Shown piece after piece: positions 47,568-57,146 of a stretch of DNA of 64,000 bases. This DNA comes from Candidatus Omnitrophota bacterium (lineage in GTDB: Bacteria > Omnitrophota > Omnitrophia > Omnitrophales > Aquincolibacteriaceae). The position numbers were made by a program, and so were the translations under genes. The stretch covers positions 24,824 to 88,823 of the forward strand of contig PLLJ01000023.1 in NCBI GenBank assembly GCA_003140935.1. Reading direction: 5' to 3'. Numbering within the stretch: position 1 is the stretch's first letter; each line of letters begins with the position of its first letter. The notes below the pieces were generated by a model, which was not told where the DNA came from, made no database searches, and saw only the letters and a program-made list of their open reading frames with translations.

Positions 47568-47628
47568 GAAAAAAGTCAGTAAAAAGGACATCTGAGACAT
47601 GGACGCTTTTTGAGGTGAGAATTAGATT
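47568..47628 (+). promoter_or_regulatory. Regulon motif copy 9 plus -10
   Basis: GAAAAAAGTCAGTAAAAAGGACA, 32 nt, TAGATT at 47623. Confidence 0.68.
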
Positions 47629-47714
47629 GAGGGGTGCATCGTTATGTCACAAAAGCTATTTTCTGGGTTCACAAACATTGACTGAATTCAGAAAAAAATA
47701 AGAGGAGGTCGGTC

Positions 47715-48050
47715 ATGGAAGGCAAATGTTCTCAAGATGCACACGGTCAGGAAACTTGCCGTGTGGAAGCACGCCCGCAGGAGACTTGCGCCAGTAAGTG
47801 CGAATGCGGTTGTCCCATCGAGAAGGCGACGGAAATGTGGAGTTGCGCCTTCTGCGAAGCCAAGAGGCAAGCTGCCGTTGAGATCCTAAAAGGCAAGATC
47901 CAAAAGGCTTGGGGCTCCAAAATGGAGAAAGTAGCGGATGCGGTCCTTGCCGCGAAGGATGCCGAATGGAAAGCGATGCTCGCCAAAGGTAAAGCCAAAA
48001 TGGACCTTAAAGATCAGATGCTCAAGATCCTGGCGAAGAGCGAGAAATAG
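47715..48050 (+). CDS. Hypothetical Cys-rich protein
   Basis: GAGGAGG RBS; 8 Cys in the first 46 aa, helical C-terminus. Confidence 0.75.
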   Translation: MEGKCSQDAHGQETCRVEARPQETCASKCECGCPIEKATEMWSCAFCEAKRQAAVEILKGKIQKAWGSKMEKVADAVLAAKDAEWKAMLAKGKAKMDLKDQMLKILAKSEK

Positions 48051-48179
48051 TCAAAGGCGTCGGTTCATTCTTTGAAGTGCCGGAATGATCGAAGAACGTG
48101 AATGCTCGCGTTCCGGTGCTTCGAGGAATGGTTCATGGTCATGTGACAGACGTTTCTGAAAAGGAACAAAAGGTAGCTT

Positions 48180-49385
48180 ATGCCAGAAAATGTTTTTACT
48201 TATATTATTGTGGGGGGAGGATTAGCCGGAGCTTCGGCGATCGAAGGGATCAGGGAACAAGATGCCGCGGGAACGCTCCTCCTGATCGGTGATGAAAAAC
48301 ATTTGCCTTATGACCGTCCGCCTCTTTCCAAGAAATTATGGCTTGGCAAAAAACGCGTTGATGAGATCTTTCTTCACGACGCAGCCTTCTATCGCGCGAA
48401 CCACGTCGAATTAAAACTCGGCGTCACGGTGACCCGCCTTGATCCTTTCCGGAAAACGGTCGCGGACGATTCCGGCAACGAATACCACTACGGAAAACTA
48501 CTTTTGGCGACGGGCGGGAGGCCCCGTCCTTTGCCGGTCCCGGGCGGTGAACTGGACGGCATCTGCTATTTCCGCTACCTGGATGATTATGAAAAGGTCC
48601 GCGCCAAGGCCGCTCCGGGCCGCTCCGTGTTGGTCGTCGGTGGCGGGTTCATCGGTTCCGAAATGGCGGCCGCGTTGTGCGTGAACGGGCTCGCAGTGAC
48701 CATGATCTTTCCCGAGGATTCTTTATGCCAGTTGGTATTTCCTCCTGCTTTGTCTCTGGCGATGCGGAACTATTTTCTTGATAAGGGCATCGTGATCTTG
48801 AACGGGGACAAGCCCGTTGCGATCTCCAAGAGAGGCGAAGGGTTTGTCACGCGTACGGAAAAAGGCCGTGAGATCGGTTCGGACATTGTCATCGTGGGCA
48901 TCGGGATCCAGCCGGAGGTGAAGCTCGCTTCATCCGCCGGACTGAAGATCGAAAACGGTATCGTTGTGAATGAATACCTCCAAACTTCCTACCCCGGTAT
49001 TTACGCGGCGGGAGACAATGCGTACTTTCCTTGCAAAGCCCTGGGGAAAAAAATGCGCGCCGAACACTGGGATAATGCGCTCAACCAGGGAAAATACGCG
49101 GGCCGCAATATGGCGGGGAGCGTACAGCCTTATGACTATCTTGCTTACTTTTTCTCGGATCTTTTTGAATTCGGCTACGAAGCGGTCGGTGAGGTTAGTT
49201 CAAAGCTGACGGTCTTCGCCGACTGGCAGGAGGAGAACCGCAAAGGTGTTGTCTATTATTTGGACCGGAATAAGGTCCGGGGCGTTATGTTGTGCGATGT
49301 GTGGGGCCAAGTGGACGCCGCCCGGCAGTTGATCCTGAAGAGCGAGGATGTGACCGAAGCCGGGTTGCGAGGCGCGATCCGATGA
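48180..49385 (+). CDS. FAD-dependent NAD(P)H oxidoreductase (ferredoxin-reductase type)
   Basis: GGGLAG, PYDRPPLSK, LLATG, GGGFIGSE, IYAAGD, EHW..A. Confidence 0.92.
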   Translation: MPENVFTYIIVGGGLAGASAIEGIREQDAAGTLLLIGDEKHLPYDRPPLSKKLWLGKKRVDEIFLHDAAFYRANHVELKLGVTVTRLDPFRKTVADDSGNEYHYGKLLLATGGRPRPLPVPGGELDGICYFRYLDDYEKVRAKAAPGRSVLVVGGGFIGSEMAAALCVNGLAVTMIFPEDSLCQLVFPPALSLAMRNYFLDKGIVILNGDKPVAISKRGEGFVTRTEKGREIGSDIVIVGIGIQPEVKLASSAGLKIENGIVVNEYLQTSYPGIYAAGDNAYFPCKALGKKMRAEHWDNALNQGKYAGRNMAGSVQPYDYLAYFFSDLFEFGYEAVGEVSSKLTVFADWQEENRKGVVYYLDRNKVRGVMLCDVWGQVDAARQLILKSEDVTEAGLRGAIR

Positions 49386-49449
49386 AGCGAGCGATCTTAG
49401 CGAATAAAAAGGTTGAGATAACGCGAAGGGATAAGGAGCAAGAGAACCC

Positions 49450-50205
49450 ATGACAGTAGCTCTGTCCGGCAAAACGGCTTTGATCACAGGAGCTTCGAAA
49501 AGGATCGGCAACGCGATCGTCCGGGGCCTTGCGGAAAAAGGGGTTCATGTGGTCATTCATTATTCTTCGTCCGCGAAGGAAGCGAAGCAGTTGTGTGAAG
49601 AATTGAAAGTTTATAAAGTGAATGCCTGGACGATCAAAGCCGATTTTACAGATCCTTCCGAATATGAAACTCTGATCCAACGAGCCATGAAGATCGCCGG
49701 CCCTCTGGATATTTTGATCAATAACGCCTCTTTTTTTTCGTCCGACCAGATGGGTAACATGACTTTCGCGGGCCTGATGCAGCAGATCGAGATCAATGCC
49801 TGGGCGCCTTTTGTCCTGAGCCGGGAATTTGAGCGGCAACAACGGGGAAGTATTATCAATATCTTGGATGCCAAGATCACCGGATATGACAGAGAACATG
49901 TTTCATACCTCTTAAGCAAACAGATGTTCGCGATCCTTACAAAAATGACGGCTCTCGATTTTGCTCCGGCGGTCCGGGTGAACGGCATCGCTCCGGGGCT
50001 GATCTTATCGCCGGCCGGCAAGGACGAAAAATATCTTAAAAATCTTGCTAAAACCGTTCCGCTCAAACGGTCGGGAAGCCCGGAGGATATCGTGTCCGCC
50101 GCGATCTATCTGCTTACGAATGATTTTCTAACCGGCCAGGTCCTTTTTGTGGACGGCGGCCGTCACATCACGGAGGAAAACCTTGGACCGGATCTTTATC
50201 AGTGA
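49450..50205 (+). CDS. folM: Pteridine reductase-type SDR (FolM/PTR1-like)
   Basis: TG...RIG, IHY..S, LINNAS.F, Y..SK, VRVNGIAPG; pterin gene context. Confidence 0.78.
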   Translation: MTVALSGKTALITGASKRIGNAIVRGLAEKGVHVVIHYSSSAKEAKQLCEELKVYKVNAWTIKADFTDPSEYETLIQRAMKIAGPLDILINNASFFSSDQMGNMTFAGLMQQIEINAWAPFVLSREFERQQRGSIINILDAKITGYDREHVSYLLSKQMFAILTKMTALDFAPAVRVNGIAPGLILSPAGKDEKYLKNLAKTVPLKRSGSPEDIVSAAIYLLTNDFLTGQVLFVDGGRHITEENLGPDLYQ

Positions 50206-50536
50206 CCTCCAAGCGCGCTGCATCATCGGCGTTTGGGAAGAGGAGCGCAGGGAAAAACAAGACGTGATCATCAATATTGTCCTGTCTACGGATCTCCGGA
50301 AACCGGGACGAACGGACCGGTTCGAAGACGCTCTGGATTACCGGGACCTCAAAAAAAAGATCTTACACCTCATTGAAAATTCAAAATATTTTCTGGTGGA
50401 GGCTCTGGCCGAGGCCATTGCGGCGTTTTGTCTTGAAAATGAAAAAGTGATCGGCGCTCGGGTCCGGGTCGAAAAACCGGGCGCCCTTCGTTTTGCGAGA
50501 AGCGTGGGCGTTGAGATCGAACGTGAGAGGAGCTGA
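50183..50536 (+). CDS. folB: Dihydroneopterin aldolase / FolX family
   Basis: TTG start after GGAGG; IIGV.EEER..KQ, DY, LVEALAE.IA, VEKPGAL. Confidence 0.85.
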   Translation: MDRIFISDLQARCIIGVWEEERREKQDVIINIVLSTDLRKPGRTDRFEDALDYRDLKKKILHLIENSKYFLVEALAEAIAAFCLENEKVIGARVRVEKPGALRFARSVGVEIERERS

Positions 50537-50538
50537 AC

Positions 50539-51090
50539 ATGCCCCGGGCCTTCATAGGTATCGGATCGAACATTGATCCGGAAAAGAATGTGAAAGAAGC
50601 GCTCCGTCTTCTTTCCGCCCGAACTTCCGTTCTTAAGATCTCAACCGTTTACCATACGGAACCCGAGCTCCGGCCGGAACAACCTTGGTACTATAACTGT
50701 GTTGCGGAGATCGATACGGAGCTCCGGCCGGAAGAACTGAAATTCGCCCTGCTGAGGGGGATCGAAAAAGAACTGGGCCGTAAACGGACCGCGGACAAAT
50801 TTGCCGAACGCACGATCGACCTTGACCTGCTCCTTTACAGTGACCCGTCCGTTGAACCCGCCGGGCTTTTTGTGCAAGATCCGGACATTTTTCGCCGGCC
50901 CTACCTCGCGGCAGCGTTATTGGAATTGTCACCCGGTCTGAAATTGCGGGAGCCGCAGTCCTTGGAAGCGCGTGTCCCGGAACCGGCCTTAAGCACCGCC
51001 AGGCCGGAAGTGCCACCTTCAAAGATGGAAGTTCTGGAAGCGTACACTCAATCGTTAAGAAAGGAGATTCTCCGTGGCGGCAAATGTTGA
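50539..51090 (+). CDS. folK: 6-hydroxymethyl-7,8-dihydropterin pyrophosphokinase
   Basis: [21 protein letters not shown]. Confidence 0.9.
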   Translation: MPRAFIGIGSNIDPEKNVKEALRLLSARTSVLKISTVYHTEPELRPEQPWYYNCVAEIDTELRPEELKFALLRGIEKELGRKRTADKFAERTIDLDLLLYSDPSVEPAGLFVQDPDIFRRPYLAAALLELSPGLKLREPQSLEARVPEPALSTARPEVPPSKMEVLEAYTQSLRKEILRGGKC

Positions 51091-51652
51091 GAAGATCGAG
51101 GCTTTGGTGAAACAACTGTTGATCGAATTGGGGGAGGACCCGGAACGGGAAGGCCTGATCAAGACACCCGAACGCGTTGCCAAATCATTGGCTTTTTTGA
51201 CCTCCGGTTACGGAACCGATCCGCATAAAGTGATCCAGGAAGCCTGTTTCAATCAAAACACGAACAGCATGGTCGTGATCAAGAATATCGAGATCTATAG
51301 TATCTGCGAGCATCATTTGCTACCTTTTTACGGACGCTGTCATGTCGGATATATTTGCAACGGGAAAGTCCCGGGCTGCAGCAAGATCGTCCGTCTCGTT
51401 GAAATGTTCGCGCGGAGGCTTCAGATCCAGGAACGCCTGACCGAGGAGATCTCTTGCGCGGTCCAGGAAACGATCGGCGCGATGGGGGTTGGGGTCATGA
51501 TCGAAGCCCGGCATCTCTGCATGATGATGCGTGGCGTGGAAAAACAAAATTCAATTCTAGTGACATCCTCGGTCCTCGGGGCATTCCGGGACCGTCCGGC
51601 GACAAGGCAGGAGTTCCTTTCTTTAATTGAACGGGACAAAGTATCGATCTAA
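51074..51652 (+). CDS. folE: GTP cyclohydrolase I
   Basis: [35 protein letters not shown]. Confidence 0.95.
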   Translation: MAANVEKIEALVKQLLIELGEDPEREGLIKTPERVAKSLAFLTSGYGTDPHKVIQEACFNQNTNSMVVIKNIEIYSICEHHLLPFYGRCHVGYICNGKVPGCSKIVRLVEMFARRLQIQERLTEEISCAVQETIGAMGVGVMIEARHLCMMMRGVEKQNSILVTSSVLGAFRDRPATRQEFLSLIERDKVSI

Positions 51653-51668
51653 AAAGACGGAGGGACCT

Positions 51669-52019
51669 ATGAGCGATCCGAATTTTTCACGGCAAGAACC
51701 GGAACTGACGTCAAAGAAATGCGTTCCCTGCGCGGCCGGGACAAAGCCAAAGACCGAGGCGGAAATCGGCAAACTTTTGAAAGACCTCCCGGGCTGGCAA
51801 TATGAAAAAGGAGAGATCGTCAAAACATTCACGTTCAAAAATTACTCCGAGGTAGTTCCCTTTGTGAATGCGGTGGCGTGGATCGCGAACCGCGAAAACC
51901 ATCATCCGGAGATCGAGTTCGGGTACAAGACCTGCCGGGTCCGGTATTCGACGCACGCGATCGGCGGGCTCTCGGACAATGATTTTATTTGTGCCGCCAA
52001 GATCGACCGACTCTTGTGA
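51669..52019 (+). CDS. phhB: Pterin-4a-carbinolamine dehydratase
   Basis: CVPC, NHHP, THAIGGLS.NDFICAAKID. Confidence 0.9.
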   Translation: MSDPNFSRQEPELTSKKCVPCAAGTKPKTEAEIGKLLKDLPGWQYEKGEIVKTFTFKNYSEVVPFVNAVAWIANRENHHPEIEFGYKTCRVRYSTHAIGGLSDNDFICAAKIDRLL

Positions 52020-52028
52020 GGAGGGAGT

Positions 52029-53534
52029 GTGGATGCGTACTTCGGGGATTTCCGTTTCGGAAATCTGATCTTTCAACGTTGTCTTGCCGCAGTCTATCTT
52101 ATCGCTTTCATTTCGGCACTGAACCAGTTTCCAGCGCTGCTTGGAGAGAAGGGATTCTTACCGGTCTCTGATTTCATCCGGAGAGTTCCTTTTGAAGACA
52201 CCCCCAGTTTATTTTATCTGGGCTATTCGGACCGGCTGTTCACCTATGTTGCATGGATCGGGATCATCCTTTCTTCGCTTATTTTTTTGGGATTGTTTGA
52301 ACGAGTACCCTGGTGGTTACTGACCGCGGCATGGCTCGTTCTTTGGTTTCTTTATCTCTCCATTGTCAATGTGGGACAAATCTTTTACGCCTTCGGCTGG
52401 GAGTCGATGCTGCTCGAGGCGGGATTCTTCGCGGCCTTTCTTGGGCCTGCCACACAGAATCCGTCCTTGATCCCGGTGTTGGCCGTACGTTGGATGCTTT
52501 TTCGGCTGATACTCGGAGCGGGTCTGATCAAGCTGCGGAACGATCCGTGCTGGCGTGACCTCACATGTCTTTTCTACCATTACGAGACCCAGCCGATCCC
52601 GAATCCTTTGAGCTGGTATTTCCATCATCTTCCGAAGATCCCGCTGATGATCGGCGTTTTTTTTAATCACTTTGTCGAGGTGGCCGCACCTTTCGGACTT
52701 CTCGGTCCTCAGTGGGTCGCCGCAGCCGCCGGCATGATCATTATTTCTCACCAGCTCGTGCTGATCGTGGGAGGGAACTACGCCTGGCTGAACATGTTAA
52801 CGATCGTTCTCGGGATCACTGCGTTCAGCGATGGAGTGATCGGCCGGCTCCTTCCGGGTCCCGCGATCTCCATGCCCGCAGTCCAACCTCGCCCGGAAAG
52901 CTACCATACGATCCTGATGATGCTTGCCCTTGTCACAGTCGTTTTAAGCGTTCGCCCGGCACTGAACCTTTGTTCCCGGGAACAGCGCATGAACTATAGC
53001 TACAATCCCATCCATCTGATCAATGATTACGGTGTTTTCGGGACCATCACCAAGGAACGCTATGAGATCGTGATCGAGGGGACCGGTGACGCGACACTTA
53101 CGCCGAAAACAAAATGGAAAGAATATGAATTCAAAGGCAAACCGGGGGATGTGCGGCGAATGCCACCCCAAATAGCGCCGTACCACTTGCGGCTGGATTG
53201 GCTCATGTGGTTCCTTCCTTTTTCCGTAGAAGTAACGGAAAACGGTATCCTGATGGCGGGGCATGAGCTCTGGTTCCTACGATTCATGGAGAAATTGCTT
53301 GAAGCGGACCGGAAGACGCTTAAACTCTTAAGAACGGATCCGTTCTCAGGGAAACCGCCTCATTATTTGCGGGCGAGATATTACCTGTACCAGTTCACGA
53401 ACTGGAAAGAAAAAAAAGCGACCGGGGCCTGGTGGAAAAGAAAACTGATCGATGAATATCTGCCGCCGGTAACGCTGGCCGGCTTAAGGAAAGCTCTCGA
53501 CTTTCCCGAAAAACCGTACAAAGAGGGAGTTTAA
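52029..53534 (+). CDS. Lipase maturation factor (LMF1) family membrane protein
   Basis: FGWESMLLE.GF, HYETQP.PNP, EYEF..KPG, APYHLRLDW.MWF. Confidence 0.92.
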   Translation: MDAYFGDFRFGNLIFQRCLAAVYLIAFISALNQFPALLGEKGFLPVSDFIRRVPFEDTPSLFYLGYSDRLFTYVAWIGIILSSLIFLGLFERVPWWLLTAAWLVLWFLYLSIVNVGQIFYAFGWESMLLEAGFFAAFLGPATQNPSLIPVLAVRWMLFRLILGAGLIKLRNDPCWRDLTCLFYHYETQPIPNPLSWYFHHLPKIPLMIGVFFNHFVEVAAPFGLLGPQWVAAAAGMIIISHQLVLIVGGNYAWLNMLTIVLGITAFSDGVIGRLLPGPAISMPAVQPRPESYHTILMMLALVTVVLSVRPALNLCSREQRMNYSYNPIHLINDYGVFGTITKERYEIVIEGTGDATLTPKTKWKEYEFKGKPGDVRRMPPQIAPYHLRLDWLMWFLPFSVEVTENGILMAGHELWFLRFMEKLLEADRKTLKLLRTDPFSGKPPHYLRARYYLYQFTNWKEKKATGAWWKRKLIDEYLPPVTLAGLRKALDFPEKPYKEGV

Positions 53535-53535
53535 C

Positions 53536-53919
53536 ATGGCTGTGAGCTTCAGGGTCTATCCTACGATGCTTTTTGACGGGGACTGCGGCTTCTGCCGGTA
53601 CTGGATCGAGCAATGGCAGCGAATTACCCGGGATAAGGTCCAGTACCGCTCTTTCCAGGAGGCCCTGATTCAATTTCCGCATTTGACGGAAAAAGAATGC
53701 ATGGAGTCCGTTCGCCTCATCCTGCCTGACGGTTCGATCTCCTCCGGAGCGCGTGCAGTCTTCAAGGCTTTCGCCATCGCTGACCGCTTTGTCTGGCTTC
53801 TGAAGTGTTACGATTGTGTGCCGCTTTTTGGCCGTGTCGCAGAATGGGGCTACAGACTTGTTGCCGCCCACCGCATCTTTCTTTCAAAATCTCATAACTC
53901 AGTTCAATGCCGGAAGTGA
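53536..53919 (+). CDS. DCC1-like thiol-disulfide oxidoreductase (DUF393)
   Basis: FDGDCGFC, SGA.A, Y..VA..R. Confidence 0.9.
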   Translation: MAVSFRVYPTMLFDGDCGFCRYWIEQWQRITRDKVQYRSFQEALIQFPHLTEKECMESVRLILPDGSISSGARAVFKAFAIADRFVWLLKCYDCVPLFGRVAEWGYRLVAAHRIFLSKSHNSVQCRK

Positions 53920-54014
53920 CGGCAGTCCGTCTATCCTTGCCTTGGATTATTTTCTCAAATGGTTGGCAAGGATTGCCCCAATTCCAACTCCGTTGAAATT
54001 GATAGGTATTGGGA

Positions 54015-54770
54015 CTAGGCTTGCTCTGCGCGCATCATCAGAACCGTAATGTTGTCCAGTCCGCCCGAACGATTGGCTTCGGCGACAAGCTTTTCGCAAG
54101 CCTCCCGGAGGTCTTCCTGTTGCAGAAGGATCTCTTGAATCAGGGTATCGCTGAGCATGTCATGCAGTCCATCGCTGCATAAGAGGACGCGGTCGCCGGG
54201 TTCGATCGAAAGAACAGCGATCGCCGGCGAGATCTTTGGACCATGTCCCAGGCATTGTGTCAGCTGGAACCGTCCCGGATGCCCCCGCTGTTCATTTTCC
54301 GATACAAGACCACTCTCAAGTAATTCCTGAAAAACGGAATGGTCTTTGGTCAAGCGGCAAAGCTTGCCGTCACGGAAAAGATACGCCCGGCTGTCACCCA
54401 CATGAGCGATCAGGATACGGTCGTTACGGACCAGACACAGAACCACGGTTGTTCCCATTCCTTTTTGCTCCGGATGCGCCATTCCAGTTTCATGGATCTG
54501 TCGATTGACCGTCTCTAACAAGTCCGCGACGGTTCTCGAGGCTTCCGGGTTTTCCAGGGATCTGAGGCTAGGGTGTTTCTCCCGGAAGAATCGAGGGAGT
54601 AACGTGACGGCCACGCCTGCAGCGATTTCGCCGGCGGCATGACCGCCCATTCCGTCCGCGACAAGATAAAGCCCTTCCGCTGAGTCCGCATTCCAGGCGT
54701 CCTCGTTGTTGAGCCTTGTGCGCCCCAAGTCCGATAGCCCATAGTGTTCAAAGCGACTTATATCTGACAT
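54015..54770 (-). CDS. PP2C-family Ser/Thr phosphatase (Stp1/PrpC-type)
   Basis: R.NNED, VADGMGGH, HVGDSR, CSDGL, DNITV. Confidence 0.95.
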   Translation of the reverse strand: MSDISRFEHYGLSDLGRTRLNNEDAWNADSAEGLYLVADGMGGHAAGEIAAGVAVTLLPRFFREKHPSLRSLENPEASRTVADLLETVNRQIHETGMAHPEQKGMGTTVVLCLVRNDRILIAHVGDSRAYLFRDGKLCRLTKDHSVFQELLESGLVSENEQRGHPGRFQLTQCLGHGPKISPAIAVLSIEPGDRVLLCSDGLHDMLSDTLIQEILLQQEDLREACEKLVAEANRSGGLDNITVLMMRAEQA

Positions 54771-54814
54771 GCGACCATTTTAACGTACTTTCCGTGGAAA
54801 ATGTATCTGAGGGG

Positions 54815-54874
54815 GAAAAAAGTCAGAAAAATGAGGATGCGGATAATTTACCGATTTTTCAACAGGCATAGAAT
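54815..54874 (+). promoter_or_regulatory. Regulon motif copy 10 plus -10
   Basis: GAAAAAAGTCAGAAAAATGAGGA, 31 nt, TAGAAT at 54869. Confidence 0.75.
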
Positions 54875-54950
54875 GCTAGTCGGGACGATCAGTGAGTTCT
54901 CGGGGAAACGTGTTTGAGTCAACACCCATTCAAAAAAAGGGAGGAGAGTT

Positions 54951-55511
54951 ATGAGACTTTCCAGGAATTTGATAGCGGGATTATCAATGATCGCGCTGAT
55001 GATCGCGTTTTTGCCGCTGTCCTTCGGACATTGGGCAGGGCATGACAAGGCGCAGTGTGAAAGCAACATAAAAACCCTGAAGGATTCGGCAGCTATCCTT
55101 CAAGCGAGCCATCCGGATCTGGCAAAAAGTTTGACAGAGATGGCGGGTCAGAAAGAAGAAGCGATGAAAAAAATGCGGGCGATGCACGAAGCATCCCTCA
55201 AAACCGTGGAAGATGCCGCAACGGCTTTGCAGCCAGTGAATCCGGAACTCTCGAAGGGACTGAAGGCTTACGCCGACCAAGAAGAGAAAGAAGAAATGGG
55301 ATCGGCGGAGATGCCAGCCATGCAGAAGGAAGATAGGGCGGCTACGATCAAGCTCCTGAAGAATGCGGGGGAAGCTCTCAAGCCGTCAAATCCGGCGCTG
55401 GCGATGAAATTGACGACCATGGCGAATAAAAAAGAGATGAAAACGCAGTGCATGAAAGACGCGAAAAATCAATCGGGTGAGACGGAAGAAGAAAAAGAAA
55501 TGCCCATGTAG
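54951..55511 (+). CDS. Secreted Met-rich protein with three helical repeats
   Basis: GGAGGAG RBS; signal peptide; three (I/L)K.L..AA..LQ..(N/H)P.L...L...A units. Confidence 0.78.
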   Translation: MRLSRNLIAGLSMIALMIAFLPLSFGHWAGHDKAQCESNIKTLKDSAAILQASHPDLAKSLTEMAGQKEEAMKKMRAMHEASLKTVEDAATALQPVNPELSKGLKAYADQEEKEEMGSAEMPAMQKEDRAATIKLLKNAGEALKPSNPALAMKLTTMANKKEMKTQCMKDAKNQSGETEEEKEMPM

Positions 55512-55534
55512 AAATACACAAAGCAGACGGGATA

Positions 55535-55575
55535 CGCGAGGAGTCTCCTGGGGTGGGATGAGACTCCCGCGGTTT
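55535..55575 (+). terminator. Stem-loop, probable terminator
   Basis: ggagtctc...gagactcc stem extended by cgcg, then ttt. Confidence 0.5.
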
Positions 55576-55639
55576 CCCGGTAGTGGTGTCCAGGCTGTTC
55601 GGGATGATGCGAACATCCTTCAAAGTAAAGGAGCGGAAA

Positions 55640-55978
55640 ATGGCGGGGGAAAAAAGATCGCAATTCCAAACCATGGCATCCGCCAGCGCGACCACGTTCG
55701 ATGAACCGGTCCCCGTTCAAGAAATGTCCGTCCCATTCGTTTTGTCTGCACCCCAGGCGGAAAAAGTGAGCGTTGCAGGCACTTTCAATCATTGGGATGT
55801 CAAAGCTTTGCAAATGAAAAAGGATAAACAAGGACGCTGGAGTTCGAGAATTTCTTTGAAACCGGGCCGCTATGAATACTTGTTCGTTGTGGATGACCAA
55901 TGGCTCAGGGATCCCGGGGCCAGGGAAACGGTTCAAAACTCATTTGGGTCGGTGAATTCTGTTTTGAAAGTCGAATAG
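55640..55978 (+). CDS. CBM48/isoamylase early-set glycogen-binding protein
   Basis: V.VAG.FN.W, W...L.PGRYEY.FVVD..W..DP, N.FG..NS. Confidence 0.9.
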   Translation: MAGEKRSQFQTMASASATTFDEPVPVQEMSVPFVLSAPQAEKVSVAGTFNHWDVKALQMKKDKQGRWSSRISLKPGRYEYLFVVDDQWLRDPGARETVQNSFGSVNSVLKVE

Positions 55979-56020
55979 TCGATTTCTTGTAGAAGTTTTT
56001 TGAAAAGATCGGGGGCCGTC

Positions 56021-57112
56021 ATGAGAAAAAAGGAACGTTTTGAGGCCTGGGAGGGCTATTTGATAAAGAGGAGAAATCGCGCATGGGGTGCGTTTGATGA
56101 GAATAGAAAAAAGCCGGGGAATGGTTCTGACGAAAAAAATCATTCACAGGTTAAAATCGAATTAAAAGAAGACATTCCGGTTTCAACGATCACGTCCGCT
56201 CGCGCACCGGTCCGTGAACATGTAACGGTGCCCATTTCCAGCAATAAAGACTCATGCCGCGCTGAAGAACTCCCCGGTAATTACGGCGACAATCAGATCT
56301 ATCTGCTCGTTCGTGACCCCTATTGGATCTATGCCTACTGGGAGATCCAGAAAGATCATCAGGAGCGGAATCTTTTAAAATTGGGTGGCAGTTGGGACTC
56401 CGTTGTTTCGATCCTTCGGGCTTATGATGTCACCGGATCGGAGAGAACCCCACCCTTTTACGACATAACGCTTCAGAATATGGCGAAGTCCTGGTATCTG
56501 AACACTCAGCCGAACCATAGCTACTACGTCGAGATCGGTTTACGCCACAGGGACGGTCGTTTTATCAGCCTGGCCCGTTCCAATCAAGTGATGACCCCGC
56601 GGTCCGGAATGTCGGATGTGATCGACGAACAGTGGATGAGCATGGATTTTGATAAAATGTACGCGCTCTCCGGAGGTTTTCAGGTCGGGAAAAGTTCTGC
56701 CGAACTTCGAAAGCTCATGGAAGAACGCCTCAAACACGCGATCACGTCAGGTTCCGGAGCGGGGGCTGTTTCCAGCATGTCCAGCCCGGTCAAGGTGAAA
56801 CAACGCGGATTCCATTTCTGGCTTGAATGCGAGCTCATTATCTATGGCGGAACTGAGCCCGATGCCAAGGTGACCATGCAGAGAAGACCCGTCCAGCTCC
56901 GGCCGGACGGCACCTTCACGCTTCGCTACGGACTTCCGGACGGGAAATTCGTCTTTGATTGCCGCGCGGAGTCTTCCGATGGCATGGAAGCAAGGACCAT
57001 CACACCGGTCGTGAGCCGCAACACGGAGAGGCCCGCGCCTGTCCATCATCAAACAAACGGTCGAGGGTCGGCGAAGGAATATTGCGACACAAAAATGGCA
57101 TTGGTCAGGTAG
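56021..57112 (+). CDS. DUF4912 domain protein
   Basis: ELP..YG...I.LL.RDP.WIYAYWEI, ARSN...TP, ELIIYG.TEPDA.V. Confidence 0.85.
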   Translation: MRKKERFEAWEGYLIKRRNRAWGAFDENRKKPGNGSDEKNHSQVKIELKEDIPVSTITSARAPVREHVTVPISSNKDSCRAEELPGNYGDNQIYLLVRDPYWIYAYWEIQKDHQERNLLKLGGSWDSVVSILRAYDVTGSERTPPFYDITLQNMAKSWYLNTQPNHSYYVEIGLRHRDGRFISLARSNQVMTPRSGMSDVIDEQWMSMDFDKMYALSGGFQVGKSSAELRKLMEERLKHAITSGSGAGAVSSMSSPVKVKQRGFHFWLECELIIYGGTEPDAKVTMQRRPVQLRPDGTFTLRYGLPDGKFVFDCRAESSDGMEARTITPVVSRNTERPAPVHHQTNGRGSAKEYCDTKMALVR

Positions 57113-57146
57113 TTCCCTGAGCCTTGGGAGAGAAAGGTATGGATCC

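Noticed and set aside
17041-54874. Dispersed motif read as a CRISPR repeat, MITE or REP element
   Set aside because: Copies are single, kilobases apart, non-palindromic, lack target duplications and are positioned like promoter elements.
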